55,476 nt of DNA, taken from Clostridia bacterium (lineage in GTDB: Bacteria; Bacillota; Clostridia; TANB77; CAG-508). The stretch lies in assembly GCA_045628105.1 (NCBI GenBank), contig JAZQOX010000032.1:1-55476 (forward strand), in the 5' to 3' direction. Each line of letters opens with the position of its first letter. Within the stretch, counting starts at the first letter, position 1. Below, in pieces: positions 8,330-18,728 of this stretch. The position numbers and the translations under genes were made by a program. The notes beneath the pieces are model-generated. The model was not told the origin of the DNA and ran no database searches. It saw only the letters and a list, made by a program, of their open reading frames with translations.

Positions 8330-9421
8330 ATGAAAATTGGAATTGTTGGTTTACCTAATGTTGGTAAGAGTACAATGTTTAATAGTATTACAAAAGCAGG
8401 TGCAGAGTGCGCAAATTATCCATTCTGTACAATTGAACCAAATGTTGGTATGGTTGCTGTGCCTGATGAGAGATTGGATAAGTTAACAGAAATGTATAAT
8501 CCTGAGAAAACAACTCATGCTGTTATTGAGTTTGTTGATATTGCTGGTTTAGTTAAAGGCGCAAGTAAGGGAGAGGGTTTAGGTAATAAATTCTTATCTC
8601 ACATTAGAGAAGTTGATGCAATTGCTGAAGTTGTTAGATGTTTTGAAAATAGCAATATTGTACATGTTGATGGAAATATTAATCCTGAACGTGATATTGA
8701 AACAATTAATTTTGAACTTATTTTTGCAGATATGGAAACTGTTGATAAGAGAATAGATAGAGCAACAAAAATGCTAAAAGCTGATAAAAAATATAAAATT
8801 GAATTAGATGCTCTAAACAGAATAAAAGCATTATTAGAATCTGGTAAACCTGCAAGAAATGTTGAACTTAATGAAGAAGAACAGGAAATGTTAAAAGACT
8901 TATATTTATTAACATCTAAACCAATAATATATATAGCAAATGTCCAAGAAGAACAATTAGCAGATGTTGATAATGATCCAAATGTAAATAAGGTTAAAGA
9001 AATTGCAAAAAGTGAAAACACAAAGTGTATTCCTTTATGTGCAAAAATAGAAGAAGAATTAAGTGTTTTAGAGGATGCAGATAAGAAAGAAATGCTTGAA
9101 ACATTTGGATTAAAAGAATCTGGATTAGATACTGTTATAAGAGAAAGCTATGATTTATTAGGATTAATGTCTTTCTTAACAGCAGGAGAACCAGAAGTTA
9201 GAGCTTGGACAATAAAAAAGGGTACAAAAGCCCCAGAAGCAGCAGGAAAAATTCATTCAGATATTCAAAGAGGATTTATAAAAGCTGAAATAGTTTCTTT
9301 TGATGACTTAATGAGAGAAGGATCAATGGCAGCAGCAAGAGAAAAAGGATTAATTAGATCAGAAGGAAAAGAATACATAATGCAAGATGGCGATATTGTT
9401 TTATTTAAATTCAATGTGTAA
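8330..9421 (+). CDS. ychF: Redox-regulated ATPase YchF
   Basis: GIVGLPNVGKST, ANYPFCTIEPN, DIAGLVKGASKGEGLGNKFL. Confidence 0.97.
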   Translation: MKIGIVGLPNVGKSTMFNSITKAGAECANYPFCTIEPNVGMVAVPDERLDKLTEMYNPEKTTHAVIEFVDIAGLVKGASKGEGLGNKFLSHIREVDAIAEVVRCFENSNIVHVDGNINPERDIETINFELIFADMETVDKRIDRATKMLKADKKYKIELDALNRIKALLESGKPARNVELNEEEQEMLKDLYLLTSKPIIYIANVQEEQLADVDNDPNVNKVKEIAKSENTKCIPLCAKIEEELSVLEDADKKEMLETFGLKESGLDTVIRESYDLLGLMSFLTAGEPEVRAWTIKKGTKAPEAAGKIHSDIQRGFIKAEIVSFDDLMREGSMAAAREKGLIRSEGKEYIMQDGDIVLFKFNV

Positions 9422-9447
9422 AAAATAAATTATTTGGAGAAAAATAT

Positions 9448-10761
9448 ATGAAAAGTATTGTTATATTGATTAATAAAATTATCTATTTTATAGGTAAATG
9501 TGTTAAAAAAGGTAGTAGTTTACCAGGAAAAATTTCTTTAAAAATTATGCCTAATATTTTAACAAAAATAAAATTACCTGAAGATATAATTGTAGTAACA
9601 GGAAGTAATGGAAAAACTTCAACTACTGAAATGATATATAGCGTACTTAAACAAAATGGATATAATGTAGGAAGTAATCGTGAGGGTTCAAATCAAATTG
9701 AAGGCGTAACTACAATGATTTTGAATTCTTGCAATTTAGCTGGAAAAGTTAAAAACGACATTCTTGTTATTGAATCAGATGAAAGATATTTAAAACAAAT
9801 TACTAAATTTATTAAGCCAAAATATTTGGTAGTTACAAATTTATATAGAGACCAGATGACAAGAAATGGACATCCAGAATTTATCTATGACGTTATAAAA
9901 GAAGCAATTCCAAAAGAAACAAACTTAATTTTAAACACAGATGATCCACTTTCTTCTTTATATGGTTACAAAAGAGAAAATGTAACTTATATTGGAATGA
10001 ATAAAAATGATTTGGATACAGCGGAAAATACATCTGTATATAATGATGGAGTATATTGCCCAAATTGTAAAAGCAAATTAAACTATGAATTTTATCATTA
10101 TGGACATATTGGATCATATAAATGTGAAAATTGTGGACATGAGAGAAAAGAACCACAATTTGCAATTACTAATATAGATTTAAAAACTGGTGAAATTGAA
10201 ATTAACAATTCAAGTAAAATTAGCCTTAATTTAAGAAGTGTTTATAATGCTTATAATATTTTAGCAGCATTTGCTGCAACAAAATTAATTGGAGTAGAAG
10301 AAGAAAAAATTATTGATGTGTTAAATCAATATATAATAAAAAATGATAGAGTGCAAAACTTTGAATTAAACGGAAAACAAGCAATGCTACTAACATCAAA
10401 ACATGAAAATTCAATTTCATATAATCAATCTATTCAGTATGTTGTTAGAGAAAATAAACCTTGTACAGTTGTTGTAATTGTTGATGCAGTTAGTAGAAAA
10501 TATTTTACAAGCGAAACATCATGGCTATGGGATATAGATTTTGAACTGTTAAATGCGGATAATATAAAAAATATTGTGATAGCTGGAAAATATGTGCATG
10601 ATTTAGCAATTAGATTTAAATATGCTGGTATTGATAAAGATAAAATAATTGCAGAAGAAAATTTAGACGAAATGATGAATAAAGTTAAATCTTTAGAAAA
10701 CGAAAACATATATGTTATAACATGCTTCTCAGATAGAATGAAATTTATGGATAGGAGATAG
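9448..10761 (+). CDS. murT: Lipid II isoglutaminyl synthase subunit MurT (Mur ligase + DUF1727)
   Basis: VTGSNGKTST, NLYRDQMTR, CPNC/CENC zinc motif, SWLWDIDFE. Confidence 0.85.
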   Translation: MKSIVILINKIIYFIGKCVKKGSSLPGKISLKIMPNILTKIKLPEDIIVVTGSNGKTSTTEMIYSVLKQNGYNVGSNREGSNQIEGVTTMILNSCNLAGKVKNDILVIESDERYLKQITKFIKPKYLVVTNLYRDQMTRNGHPEFIYDVIKEAIPKETNLILNTDDPLSSLYGYKRENVTYIGMNKNDLDTAENTSVYNDGVYCPNCKSKLNYEFYHYGHIGSYKCENCGHERKEPQFAITNIDLKTGEIEINNSSKISLNLRSVYNAYNILAAFAATKLIGVEEEKIIDVLNQYIIKNDRVQNFELNGKQAMLLTSKHENSISYNQSIQYVVRENKPCTVVVIVDAVSRKYFTSETSWLWDIDFELLNADNIKNIVIAGKYVHDLAIRFKYAGIDKDKIIAEENLDEMMNKVKSLENENIYVITCFSDRMKFMDRR

Positions 10762-10764
10762 GTT

Positions 10765-11475
10765 ATGGAAGTAAAATTATTACATTTATATGGGGATATA
10801 ATGAATCTATATGGAGAGTATGCAAATGTTAAAATCCTAGAACAGCATTTAATAGATCAAGGAATTGATGTTACAGTAGATAAAAAATCTATTGGAGAAG
10901 ATAAAAATTTTGAAGAATATGATTTTGTATATATGGGTTCAGGAACAGAAAAAAATCAACAAGTAATATTACAAGATATTTTAAAAGATAAAGAACAGTT
11001 TATTAAAGCAATTGAAAATGGCACAACAATGCTTCTTACGGGAAATAGTTTTGAAATATTAGGTGAAAAAATTGATGATAAAAAATCTATTGGACTATTA
11101 AACTTTACTACGGAACACGTAAAAAATAGAATTACAACAGATATTATCTGCAATAGTGAAAAATTTGAAAATAAAGTTGTGGGTTTTGTAAATACAATGA
11201 GCAAAATAAATGAAAATGACACACCTTTATTTAATATCGAATGGAATAATTCTAATTTACAGGGGACAGAAGGAGTAATATATAAAAATATTATAGGAAC
11301 ACATTTAATAGGCCCATTATTAATTCGAAATCCTGAAATTTTACGATATATTATAAAGAAAATTTGTGAAAGAAAAGACGAAAAATTTGAATATAAAAAT
11401 ATAGAATATAAAGATGAAACTTTAGGATATGAATTAGTATTAAAAGAATTAGAAAATAGAAAAGAAGTAAAATAA
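10765..11475 (+). CDS. gatD: GatD/CobQ-like glutamine amidotransferase subunit, catalytic residues degenerate
   Basis: HLYGDIMNLYGEYAN, YMGSGTE, GPLLIRNP; follows murT. Confidence 0.8.
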   Translation: MEVKLLHLYGDIMNLYGEYANVKILEQHLIDQGIDVTVDKKSIGEDKNFEEYDFVYMGSGTEKNQQVILQDILKDKEQFIKAIENGTTMLLTGNSFEILGEKIDDKKSIGLLNFTTEHVKNRITTDIICNSEKFENKVVGFVNTMSKINENDTPLFNIEWNNSNLQGTEGVIYKNIIGTHLIGPLLIRNPEILRYIIKKICERKDEKFEYKNIEYKDETLGYELVLKELENRKEVK

Positions 11476-11485
11476 GGAGAAAAAT

Positions 11486-12478
11486 ATGGGGTTATTACGT
11501 TTTGCATTAGTTGGAAATTATAAAAGATTTTATGGAAAATTAAAAGAACTATCAAAAGAGAATGGAAAATCACCGGTACTTATGTTTATAGATACTGCTC
11601 TTTGTACATTAAGATTAGGATCTGGGTTACAAGATTATCTAAATTATAGATTTTATGAAAAAACATGGAAAGAAAGAAAAACCTATGCAACAATAGGAAG
11701 CATGGCAAAAGATTATAAAACTTTAGCTGGAGTTGAATATGCCGACTTTATTTCAAACAAAGTAAATTTTCATAAAAATTATTCAAAATTTACCAAAAGA
11801 GATTTTATTTCATCAGATGATAGTTTTGAAAAATTTGAAGATTTTTTATCAAAGCATGAATATTTTGTATGCAAGCCTTTAAATGGGTTAGGCGGATCAA
11901 AAGTTGAGAAGTTATCAAGAAACGATATTAAAGACAAGAAAGAATTTTTTGATAGCTTAAAAAGCGAAAATAAGTTTTTAGAAGAACTAGTGATTCAAAA
12001 CGAAACATGGGGAAAACTTAGCCCCAATAGTACTAACACATTAAGGGTTGTAACAACGGCTGTAAATGATGATGTGAAAATTGTTTTTGCAGGTGCAAGA
12101 ATTGGAAGCGGAAGAACAATAGCTGACAATTTTCACCAAGGTGGACAGGCTGCTTTAGTTGATTTAGAAACGGGAAAACTAGTTGGAAAAGGTATAGATA
12201 AAGAGTTGAAAGAATCTGAAAGTAGTGTTACAGGAGTTAAAATTGATGGCTATGAAGTACCATATTGGGAAGAAATAAAGAAGATGGTAAAAGAGGCAGC
12301 ATTAGTAAATAACAAAATCCATATTATTGGATGGGACGTAGCAATTGGAAAAGATGGACCATTAATAATTGAAGGTAATAGAGGACCGGGATTTGACCTG
12401 GTACAAGTACTAATGAAAAGAGGAACAAAATATATATTTGAAGATTTAAAAAAAGAAATAAAAATGAATATCTGTTAA
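11486..12478 (+). CDS. Sugar-transfer-associated ATP-grasp family protein
   Basis: KPLNGLGG, NTLRVVT, DNFHQGG, IGWDVAIGKDGPLIIEGN. Confidence 0.8.
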   Translation: MGLLRFALVGNYKRFYGKLKELSKENGKSPVLMFIDTALCTLRLGSGLQDYLNYRFYEKTWKERKTYATIGSMAKDYKTLAGVEYADFISNKVNFHKNYSKFTKRDFISSDDSFEKFEDFLSKHEYFVCKPLNGLGGSKVEKLSRNDIKDKKEFFDSLKSENKFLEELVIQNETWGKLSPNSTNTLRVVTTAVNDDVKIVFAGARIGSGRTIADNFHQGGQAALVDLETGKLVGKGIDKELKESESSVTGVKIDGYEVPYWEEIKKMVKEAALVNNKIHIIGWDVAIGKDGPLIIEGNRGPGFDLVQVLMKRGTKYIFEDLKKEIKMNIC

Positions 12479-13473
12479 AAGATATTCATTAATTTTTTAT
12501 ATTTAGGAATTAAACCTTCCTTTTTATTTGATAAACTTGGTTTAACTTGGTAAACACCAGGGAAGCAATTACCTTCCACAATTACTGGACCGTTTTTGCT
12601 AATTGCTACATCCCAACCAACATAAGAAATTTCAGGAACTTTTTTAGCACATTCTTTTACAAGTTCAACTGCTTCTTTAAACATTGGAATTTTAAAACCA
12701 ACTATTTTGGCTTTAGATATTGGATGTTCATAATAAATATTATCATCTCTATCAATTGCTTCTACAAAAACTGTTCCGGATTCATCAGCATATGTGTACA
12801 TTCCACCACTTGAAAAATTATCAACTACGCCACCATTACCAATTTTTAAAACAGCTTGTAAAAAATAAGGTTGTCCATCTTTTAAGAAAGTAAACATACG
12901 CATTGTATTAACAGATTTTTCGTATAGTGAGTTCATATCAGGATGTTGAATAATGCAATCTTCAACTAATAATTGTTTATTTTGAATAAGTGTATCATAT
13001 AAAATAGAGGCTTGCTCATCAGAGGTATATTCAAATTTTTCTACACCATTTCCGCCAGTTGCGTCTATTGGTTTAACAATTATTGCTTTATGATTTTTAA
13101 AAAACATGATAAATTCATCTTTATTATTTTCGAGAAACATCCAATCACGTTTTAGGTAGTCGTTAAATATTTTATTAAATTCAATTTTGTTTTCAAACTT
13201 ATGAAAGAAGGACTTATCATTGTATGTTCCAACAATTTCGTTGTTTTTTCCTCTTGTTAAATATGTTTTGCGTTCCTGTTTGTTTAAATTATAGAATTCA
13301 AATTCTTGGTAATCATAATATCCGGCTTGATATACAAGTCCACATTTAATAATATCCAAAAATAGAAGTATCTTATTTTTACCAGTTTTTTTGTTAATTG
13401 AATTAATTATTTTGAACATGTTTGAGTAATCAAGTCTGAATATTCTTTTTATTAAATAGCGAAATTTTTTCAT
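12475..13473 (-). CDS. Sugar-transfer-associated ATP-grasp family protein (paralogue)
   Basis: KPIDATGGNG, VNTMRMFT, DNFSSGG, VGWDVAISKNGPVIVEGN; GGAGG RBS before ATG 13473. Confidence 0.8.
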   Translation of the reverse strand: MKKFRYLIKRIFRLDYSNMFKIINSINKKTGKNKILLFLDIIKCGLVYQAGYYDYQEFEFYNLNKQERKTYLTRGKNNEIVGTYNDKSFFHKFENKIEFNKIFNDYLKRDWMFLENNKDEFIMFFKNHKAIIVKPIDATGGNGVEKFEYTSDEQASILYDTLIQNKQLLVEDCIIQHPDMNSLYEKSVNTMRMFTFLKDGQPYFLQAVLKIGNGGVVDNFSSGGMYTYADESGTVFVEAIDRDDNIYYEHPISKAKIVGFKIPMFKEAVELVKECAKKVPEISYVGWDVAISKNGPVIVEGNCFPGVYQVKPSLSNKKEGLIPKYKKLMNIF

Positions 13474-13504
13474 AATAACCTCCAAGTTAAATGGTTTCAT
13501 ATAT

Positions 13505-14038
13505 TTATTTTGTTAGCATTTTTAGCATTTTAGGATAAATTTTTACTGCGTTTTTATTCCAATTATCTACAATTGCTTTTGCTTGTTCTCTTGAACCTGC
13601 AAATGTTTTAACTTCAAAAGTTACCTGATTATTTTCTGTTATTTTACAAATTACAGTGTATGAATTTTCACTTTCTGGAATAAAGTCGGCTGTAATTGAA
13701 TATTCGTCTTGAATAGAACGAAGATCTTCTTTAAAATTGTTATCAATCTGAAATCTTGTAAAACCAGGAATTAAATCTTGTACAAGAAGAACAGCTTCTT
13801 TACCTTCTTTGGTTAATTCATAAATTGTTTCATTTTTTTCAGAAAGTCCTTTTATTAAATATTTATTTTCTATCAAATCAAGTAAAAATTGTTGAAAATA
13901 AAAATAGTTCATATCTTCAAAAAGTAAAATTAGCTTATATAGGTCAGTGTTTTCAATTGCTTTATCTAATTTACTTAAAATGTATAAGATTAATGCTTTA
14001 TTTTCTGCTAATGTTTCGTTATCAGATGCAAGTTTCAT
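13505..14038 (-). CDS. DUF4364 family protein
   Basis: ENKALILYIL, MNYFYFQQFL, C-terminal NWNKNAVKIY pattern typical of this clostridial family. Confidence 0.7.
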   Translation of the reverse strand: MKLASDNETLAENKALILYILSKLDKAIENTDLYKLILLFEDMNYFYFQQFLLDLIENKYLIKGLSEKNETIYELTKEGKEAVLLVQDLIPGFTRFQIDNNFKEDLRSIQDEYSITADFIPESENSYTVICKITENNQVTFEVKTFAGSREQAKAIVDNWNKNAVKIYPKMLKMLTK

Positions 14039-14090
14039 TACAAATCTCCTTAAATTCTTATAATAATTAATTTATTTATAGTACAAAGTA

Positions 14091-14207
14091 GCCCAACGCA
14101 GGAGTTATATATTTAGATGAAATCGAGGACCCCCGAAAAACATCGTAGGCGTTTCCATCGTGGGCTCGATTGAAGATAAATATATAACTCCTACGAGATT
14201 GGGCGGA
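14091..14207. repeat. Long intergenic hairpin; member of a second dispersed repeat family or a structured leader RNA
   Basis: Nested stems GCCCAA/TTGGGC, GGAGTTATATATTTA/TAAATATATAACTCC, AATCGAG/CTCGATT; right arm recurs at 20214-20242. Confidence 0.65.
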
Positions 14208-14375
14208 TTTAAAAATCATCAACATAAATAAACTATAAATCAAAAATATTATAGCACAAATATAGAAAAAAACCAAGAAAAATGATATAATAAAAGAAAA
14301 AAAGAAATACAAACACTTGTTTTTTAAAATAAAACCATGTTATAATATTGCCAAATTGATTAAGGAGGTTTAAAA

Positions 14376-15236
14376 ATGAGTGAGAATGAAATAAAAGAAA
14401 ACATGGAAATGGTGCTATTTGAAAATAACAAAATTAGAAGGCAAATGTATGAAGGAGAATGGAATTATTCTATAGTAGATATTGTAGCAATATTAACAGA
14501 ACAAAAAGAATATCAAAAGGGTAGAAAATATTGGAATAAGTTAAAAGAAAGATTACAAAATGAAGAAAATTCTGAAGCGGTGACAAATTGTCACCAGTTG
14601 AAAATGATTGCATCTGATGGAAAAATGAGACTGACAGATTGTGCCAATAGAGAGACTATTTTTAGATTAATTCAATCTATTCCATCACCAAATGCAGAAC
14701 CATTCAAATTATGGTTTGCAAGATTAGCAGAAGAAAGAATTCAGGAAATTATAGATCCATCACTTGCAGTTGAAAGAGCAAGACAGACTTATTTGAAAAA
14801 AGGTTATACCGAAGAATGGACGGACACAAGAATTAAAGGAATTGCAGCTAGAAATTCTTTAACAAACGAGTGGAAAAATAGAGGTGCAACTACAAAAGAT
14901 TATGGAATTTTAACAGATGAAATAAGTAAAGGTACATTTGGGGTTACAACGCAACAGCACAAAGAATTAAAAAAATTAGAAAAACAAAATTTAAGAGATA
15001 ATATGTCTGCAATGGAATTAGCTCTTATGACATTAGCAGAGGTAACAACAACAGAAATACATAAAACAAATGATTCATATGGATTAAATGAATTACAAAA
15101 GGATGCTCATGATGGAGGAGAGATAGCTTCAATAACAAGAAAAAACATTGAAGAAAAAATTGGACACCCGGTATTAACATCTGAAAATGCAAAAGATTTT
15201 AGAGAAAAAAATTTAAAATTAAAAAGTAGTAAATAA
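14376..15236 (+). CDS. BRO-N domain / phage antirepressor-like protein
   Basis: KIRRQMYEGEWNYSIVDIV, RKYWNKLKERL, ASDGKMRLTD, LIQSIPSPNAEPFKLW. Confidence 0.8.
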   Translation: MSENEIKENMEMVLFENNKIRRQMYEGEWNYSIVDIVAILTEQKEYQKGRKYWNKLKERLQNEENSEAVTNCHQLKMIASDGKMRLTDCANRETIFRLIQSIPSPNAEPFKLWFARLAEERIQEIIDPSLAVERARQTYLKKGYTEEWTDTRIKGIAARNSLTNEWKNRGATTKDYGILTDEISKGTFGVTTQQHKELKKLEKQNLRDNMSAMELALMTLAEVTTTEIHKTNDSYGLNELQKDAHDGGEIASITRKNIEEKIGHPVLTSENAKDFREKNLKLKSSK

Positions 15237-15248
15237 AAGGAGAAAATT

Positions 15249-18200
15249 ATGGATTTTGTACACCTACATACACACACTGAATTTAGTTTACTTGATGGAG
15301 CTAATAAAATAAAGGAATTACCAGCAAGAGCAAAAGAACTAGGAATGAATGCACTTGCAATAACTGATCATGGAGTAATGTTTGGGGTAGTTGATTTTTA
15401 TAAAGAATGTAAAAAAGTTGGTATAAAACCAATTATAGGGTGTGAGGTTTATGTAGCACCACGTACAAGATTTGAAAAAGAACCAAATATAGATAATAAA
15501 TATTCACATTTAATTTTACTTGCAAAAAATGAAACAGGATATAAAAATTTAAGTAAAATTGTTACAATTGGATTTACAGAAGGGTTTTATTATAAGCCAA
15601 GAATTGATTTAGAGGTACTGGAAAAATATCATGAAGGCTTAGTTTGTTTGAGTGCCTGTCTTGCAGGTAGTGTTAATAAAGCAATTTTAAAAGAAGATAT
15701 GGAAGAAGCAAAAAAAGTTGCAATGTGGCATAAAAATTTATTTGGTGACGACTATTATTTAGAGGTTCAACCAAATGGTTTACCAGAACAAGTACTTGCA
15801 AATCAAAAATTAATTGAAATTTCAAAAGAGCTTAACATTCCTTTAGTTGCAACAAACGACTGTCATTACCTAAAAAAGGAAGATGCATACATTCATGAGG
15901 TTTTACTTTGTATTCAAACAGGTAAAAAGATGAATGATGTAGACAGAATGAAGATGGGAGCAGAAGAGTTCTATGTAAAATCACCAGAAGAGATGGCAGA
16001 TTATTTTAAAAATATACCAGAAGCAATTGAAAATACAGTTAAGATTGCAGAAAAATGCAATTTCGATTTTGAATTTGGAAATACTAAACTTCCTAATTAT
16101 GATGTTCCACCTGAATATAAAACACATGCTGATTATTTTAAAATGCTATGTAGAACAGGCTTAGTAAAACGCTATGGAGAAAATCCAGAAAAAGAAATAA
16201 CAGATAGACTTGAATACGAAATTTCAGTTATTGAAAAAATGGGATATGTTGATTACTATCTAATAGTATGGGATTTTATAAATCATGCAAAAGAGGAAGG
16301 AATATCAGTAGGACCAGGACGTGGTTCTGGAGCAGGTTCTATTGCAGCATTTGCAATGGGAATTACAGATATAGACCCAATAAAGTACAATTTATTGTTT
16401 GAAAGATTTTTAAATCCTGAAAGAGTAAGCATGCCGGATTTTGATGTGGATTTTTGCTATGAAAGAAGACCAGAAGTTATTGAATATGTAGCAAAAAAAT
16501 ATGGTAGAGACCATGTTTCTCAAATTATTACATTTGGAACAATGTCTGCAAGAATGGTAATTAGAGATGTTGCAAGAGCGTTAGATATTCCTTATGCTGA
16601 AGCAGACAAACTTGCAAAAATGGTTCCAATGGAATTACATATAACAATTCAAAAAGCATTAGAGCAAAACAGAGAATTTAAAGAACTTTATGAAAATGAT
16701 GAGGCAACAAGAAAATTATTAGATATAGCAATGAGATTAGAAGGTTTACCAAGACAGGCTTCAACACATGCATGTGGTGTTTTAATTACAGATAAACCAG
16801 TCTTAGACTATGTTCCACTATATGTTAATGAAGGAACAATTGAAGCACAATTTATAATGACAACACTAGAAGAATTAGGGTTGTTAAAGATGGACTTTTT
16901 AGGATTGAGAACTTTAACAGTTATTTCTGATACCTTAAAATTTGTTAAAGAAAATAGAAATATAGATGTTCAGTTTGATAAAGATATGAATGACCAGAAA
17001 GTATTTAAAGATACATGGCAATCTGGAAATACTGTTGGTGTATTTCAATTTGAAAGCCAAGGCATGACAAACTTTATGAAAGAATTGAAACCAGATACTT
17101 TAGAGGATATTATTGCAGGAGTTTCACTATATAGACCTGGACCAATGGATCAGATACCTAGATATATAAAAAATAAATTGGATCCAGAACACAGCGAATA
17201 TACTCATCCAGCGTTGGAACCGATTTTAAATGTAACCTATGGTTGTATGGTTTACCAAGAACAAGTTATGCAAATCGTTAGAGATCTAGCAGGATATTCA
17301 CTAGGACGTGCTGACCTTGTAAGACGTGCAATGGGAAAGAAAAAACTAGAGGTAATGGCAAAAGAAAGAGAATATTTTATACATGGACAAGTAGATGAAA
17401 ATGGAAATGTATTAATTCCGGGATGTGTAAGAAATGGAATAGATGAGCAAAGTGCAAATAAGATATTTGACGAGATGGCAGAATTTGCAAAATATGCATT
17501 TAACAAATCTCATGCTGCAGCATATGCAGTTGTATCATATAGAACAGCATATTTAAAAACATACTATCCTGTTGAATTTATGGCGGCAACATTAAACAGC
17601 TTTTTAGGTAACTTAGATAAAATTCCAGAATACATTGCAGAATGTAAAAGAATTAATATAGAAATTTTGAAACCAAGTATTAACAAGAGTTTTACAAAAT
17701 TTACTGTAAATGAAAACAAAATTCGTTTTGGACTTGGAAGTGTAAAAAATGTTGGAACATCTGCAATAGAAACAATTGTTGCAGAGCGAAATAAAAATGG
17801 AGAATTCAAGAGTTTTACTGATTTCTGTGAGAGAATGCAGGGAGAAGCTGTAAATAAAAAATGTATAGAAAGTTTAATAAAAGCAGGAGCTTTTGATGAG
17901 CTTGATGAAACAAGGCATACATTAATAGAGTCATATGAAGGAATTTTAGATATCATATCAGGTGAAAGTAAAAAATCAATTGATGGACAAGTAACAATGT
18001 TTGATTTAGGAAATCAAGAAACAACAGAAAAGCATAAATATAATTTAATAAAACAAGAAGAATACGATGAAAGAACATTACTAGATATGGAAAAAGAAAT
18101 GCTTGGAATATATATTTCAGGGCATCCTTTAGCCAAACTTCGAGATAAGATTAAGGCAAATACAAATATAGATACACTTCAAATGCTAAACATGAAGGAA

Positions 18201-18728
18201 GAAAATGATTTATCAAAAGATGGAAGACCTGTTAAATATGCAGGAATAATAACATCTGTAAAAAAGAAGTACACAAAAAATAACACAATAATGGCATTTG
18301 TAACGGTAGAAGATTTATATGGTAGTACAGAAATTATAGTATTTGATAGTTGTTATAATAGAGCACAAAATGTTTTAATAGAAGATAGCATAGTTTTAAT
18401 AGATGGTAGACTAAGCATAAGAGAAGATGAAGACATAAAAATAGTTGCAAATTCAATAGTAGATTTTGAAAATGTTATGGAAGCACAGGAAGAAAAAATA
18501 CCAGAAAAGAAGGAAAAAAGAGTACTAACATTAATCATTCAGAATAGCACAGAGGAACAAAAAGATAAGCTAAGAGGTGCAATAAGATTTTTCTCTGGGG
18601 AGAGAAATAACATAGCAGTACAAATCATAGATAATGAAGGAATAAAGCCATGTGGAGCCATTTTCCTAACTGAAGAAATACTTCAAGAATTCAAGGAAAT
18701 TCTAGGGGAAGAAAATGTAAAGATTTGA
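15249..18728 (+). CDS. dnaE: DNA polymerase III alpha subunit DnaE
   Basis: FVHLHTHTEFSLLDG, GPGRGSGAGS, MPDFDVDF, FNKSHAAAY. Confidence 0.97.
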   Translation: MDFVHLHTHTEFSLLDGANKIKELPARAKELGMNALAITDHGVMFGVVDFYKECKKVGIKPIIGCEVYVAPRTRFEKEPNIDNKYSHLILLAKNETGYKNLSKIVTIGFTEGFYYKPRIDLEVLEKYHEGLVCLSACLAGSVNKAILKEDMEEAKKVAMWHKNLFGDDYYLEVQPNGLPEQVLANQKLIEISKELNIPLVATNDCHYLKKEDAYIHEVLLCIQTGKKMNDVDRMKMGAEEFYVKSPEEMADYFKNIPEAIENTVKIAEKCNFDFEFGNTKLPNYDVPPEYKTHADYFKMLCRTGLVKRYGENPEKEITDRLEYEISVIEKMGYVDYYLIVWDFINHAKEEGISVGPGRGSGAGSIAAFAMGITDIDPIKYNLLFERFLNPERVSMPDFDVDFCYERRPEVIEYVAKKYGRDHVSQIITFGTMSARMVIRDVARALDIPYAEADKLAKMVPMELHITIQKALEQNREFKELYENDEATRKLLDIAMRLEGLPRQASTHACGVLITDKPVLDYVPLYVNEGTIEAQFIMTTLEELGLLKMDFLGLRTLTVISDTLKFVKENRNIDVQFDKDMNDQKVFKDTWQSGNTVGVFQFESQGMTNFMKELKPDTLEDIIAGVSLYRPGPMDQIPRYIKNKLDPEHSEYTHPALEPILNVTYGCMVYQEQVMQIVRDLAGYSLGRADLVRRAMGKKKLEVMAKEREYFIHGQVDENGNVLIPGCVRNGIDEQSANKIFDEMAEFAKYAFNKSHAAAYAVVSYRTAYLKTYYPVEFMAATLNSFLGNLDKIPEYIAECKRINIEILKPSINKSFTKFTVNENKIRFGLGSVKNVGTSAIETIVAERNKNGEFKSFTDFCERMQGEAVNKKCIESLIKAGAFDELDETRHTLIESYEGILDIISGESKKSIDGQVTMFDLGNQETTEKHKYNLIKQEEYDERTLLDMEKEMLGIYISGHPLAKLRDKIKANTNIDTLQMLNMKEENDLSKDGRPVKYAGIITSVKKKYTKNNTIMAFVTVEDLYGSTEIIVFDSCYNRAQNVLIEDSIVLIDGRLSIREDEDIKIVANSIVDFENVMEAQEEKIPEKKEKRVLTLIIQNSTEEQKDKLRGAIRFFSGERNNIAVQIIDNEGIKPCGAIFLTEEILQEFKEILGEENVKI

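Noticed and set aside
14091-14207. 6S RNA or a riboswitch
   Set aside because: Shorter than a typical 6S RNA, no large central bubble, no recognisable riboswitch motif, and a partial copy elsewhere argues for a repeat; an Rfam scan is needed to exclude this fully.
14376-15236. Prophage inferred from the BRO-N gene
   Set aside because: No integrase, structural or replication phage genes nearby; it is a solitary gene.
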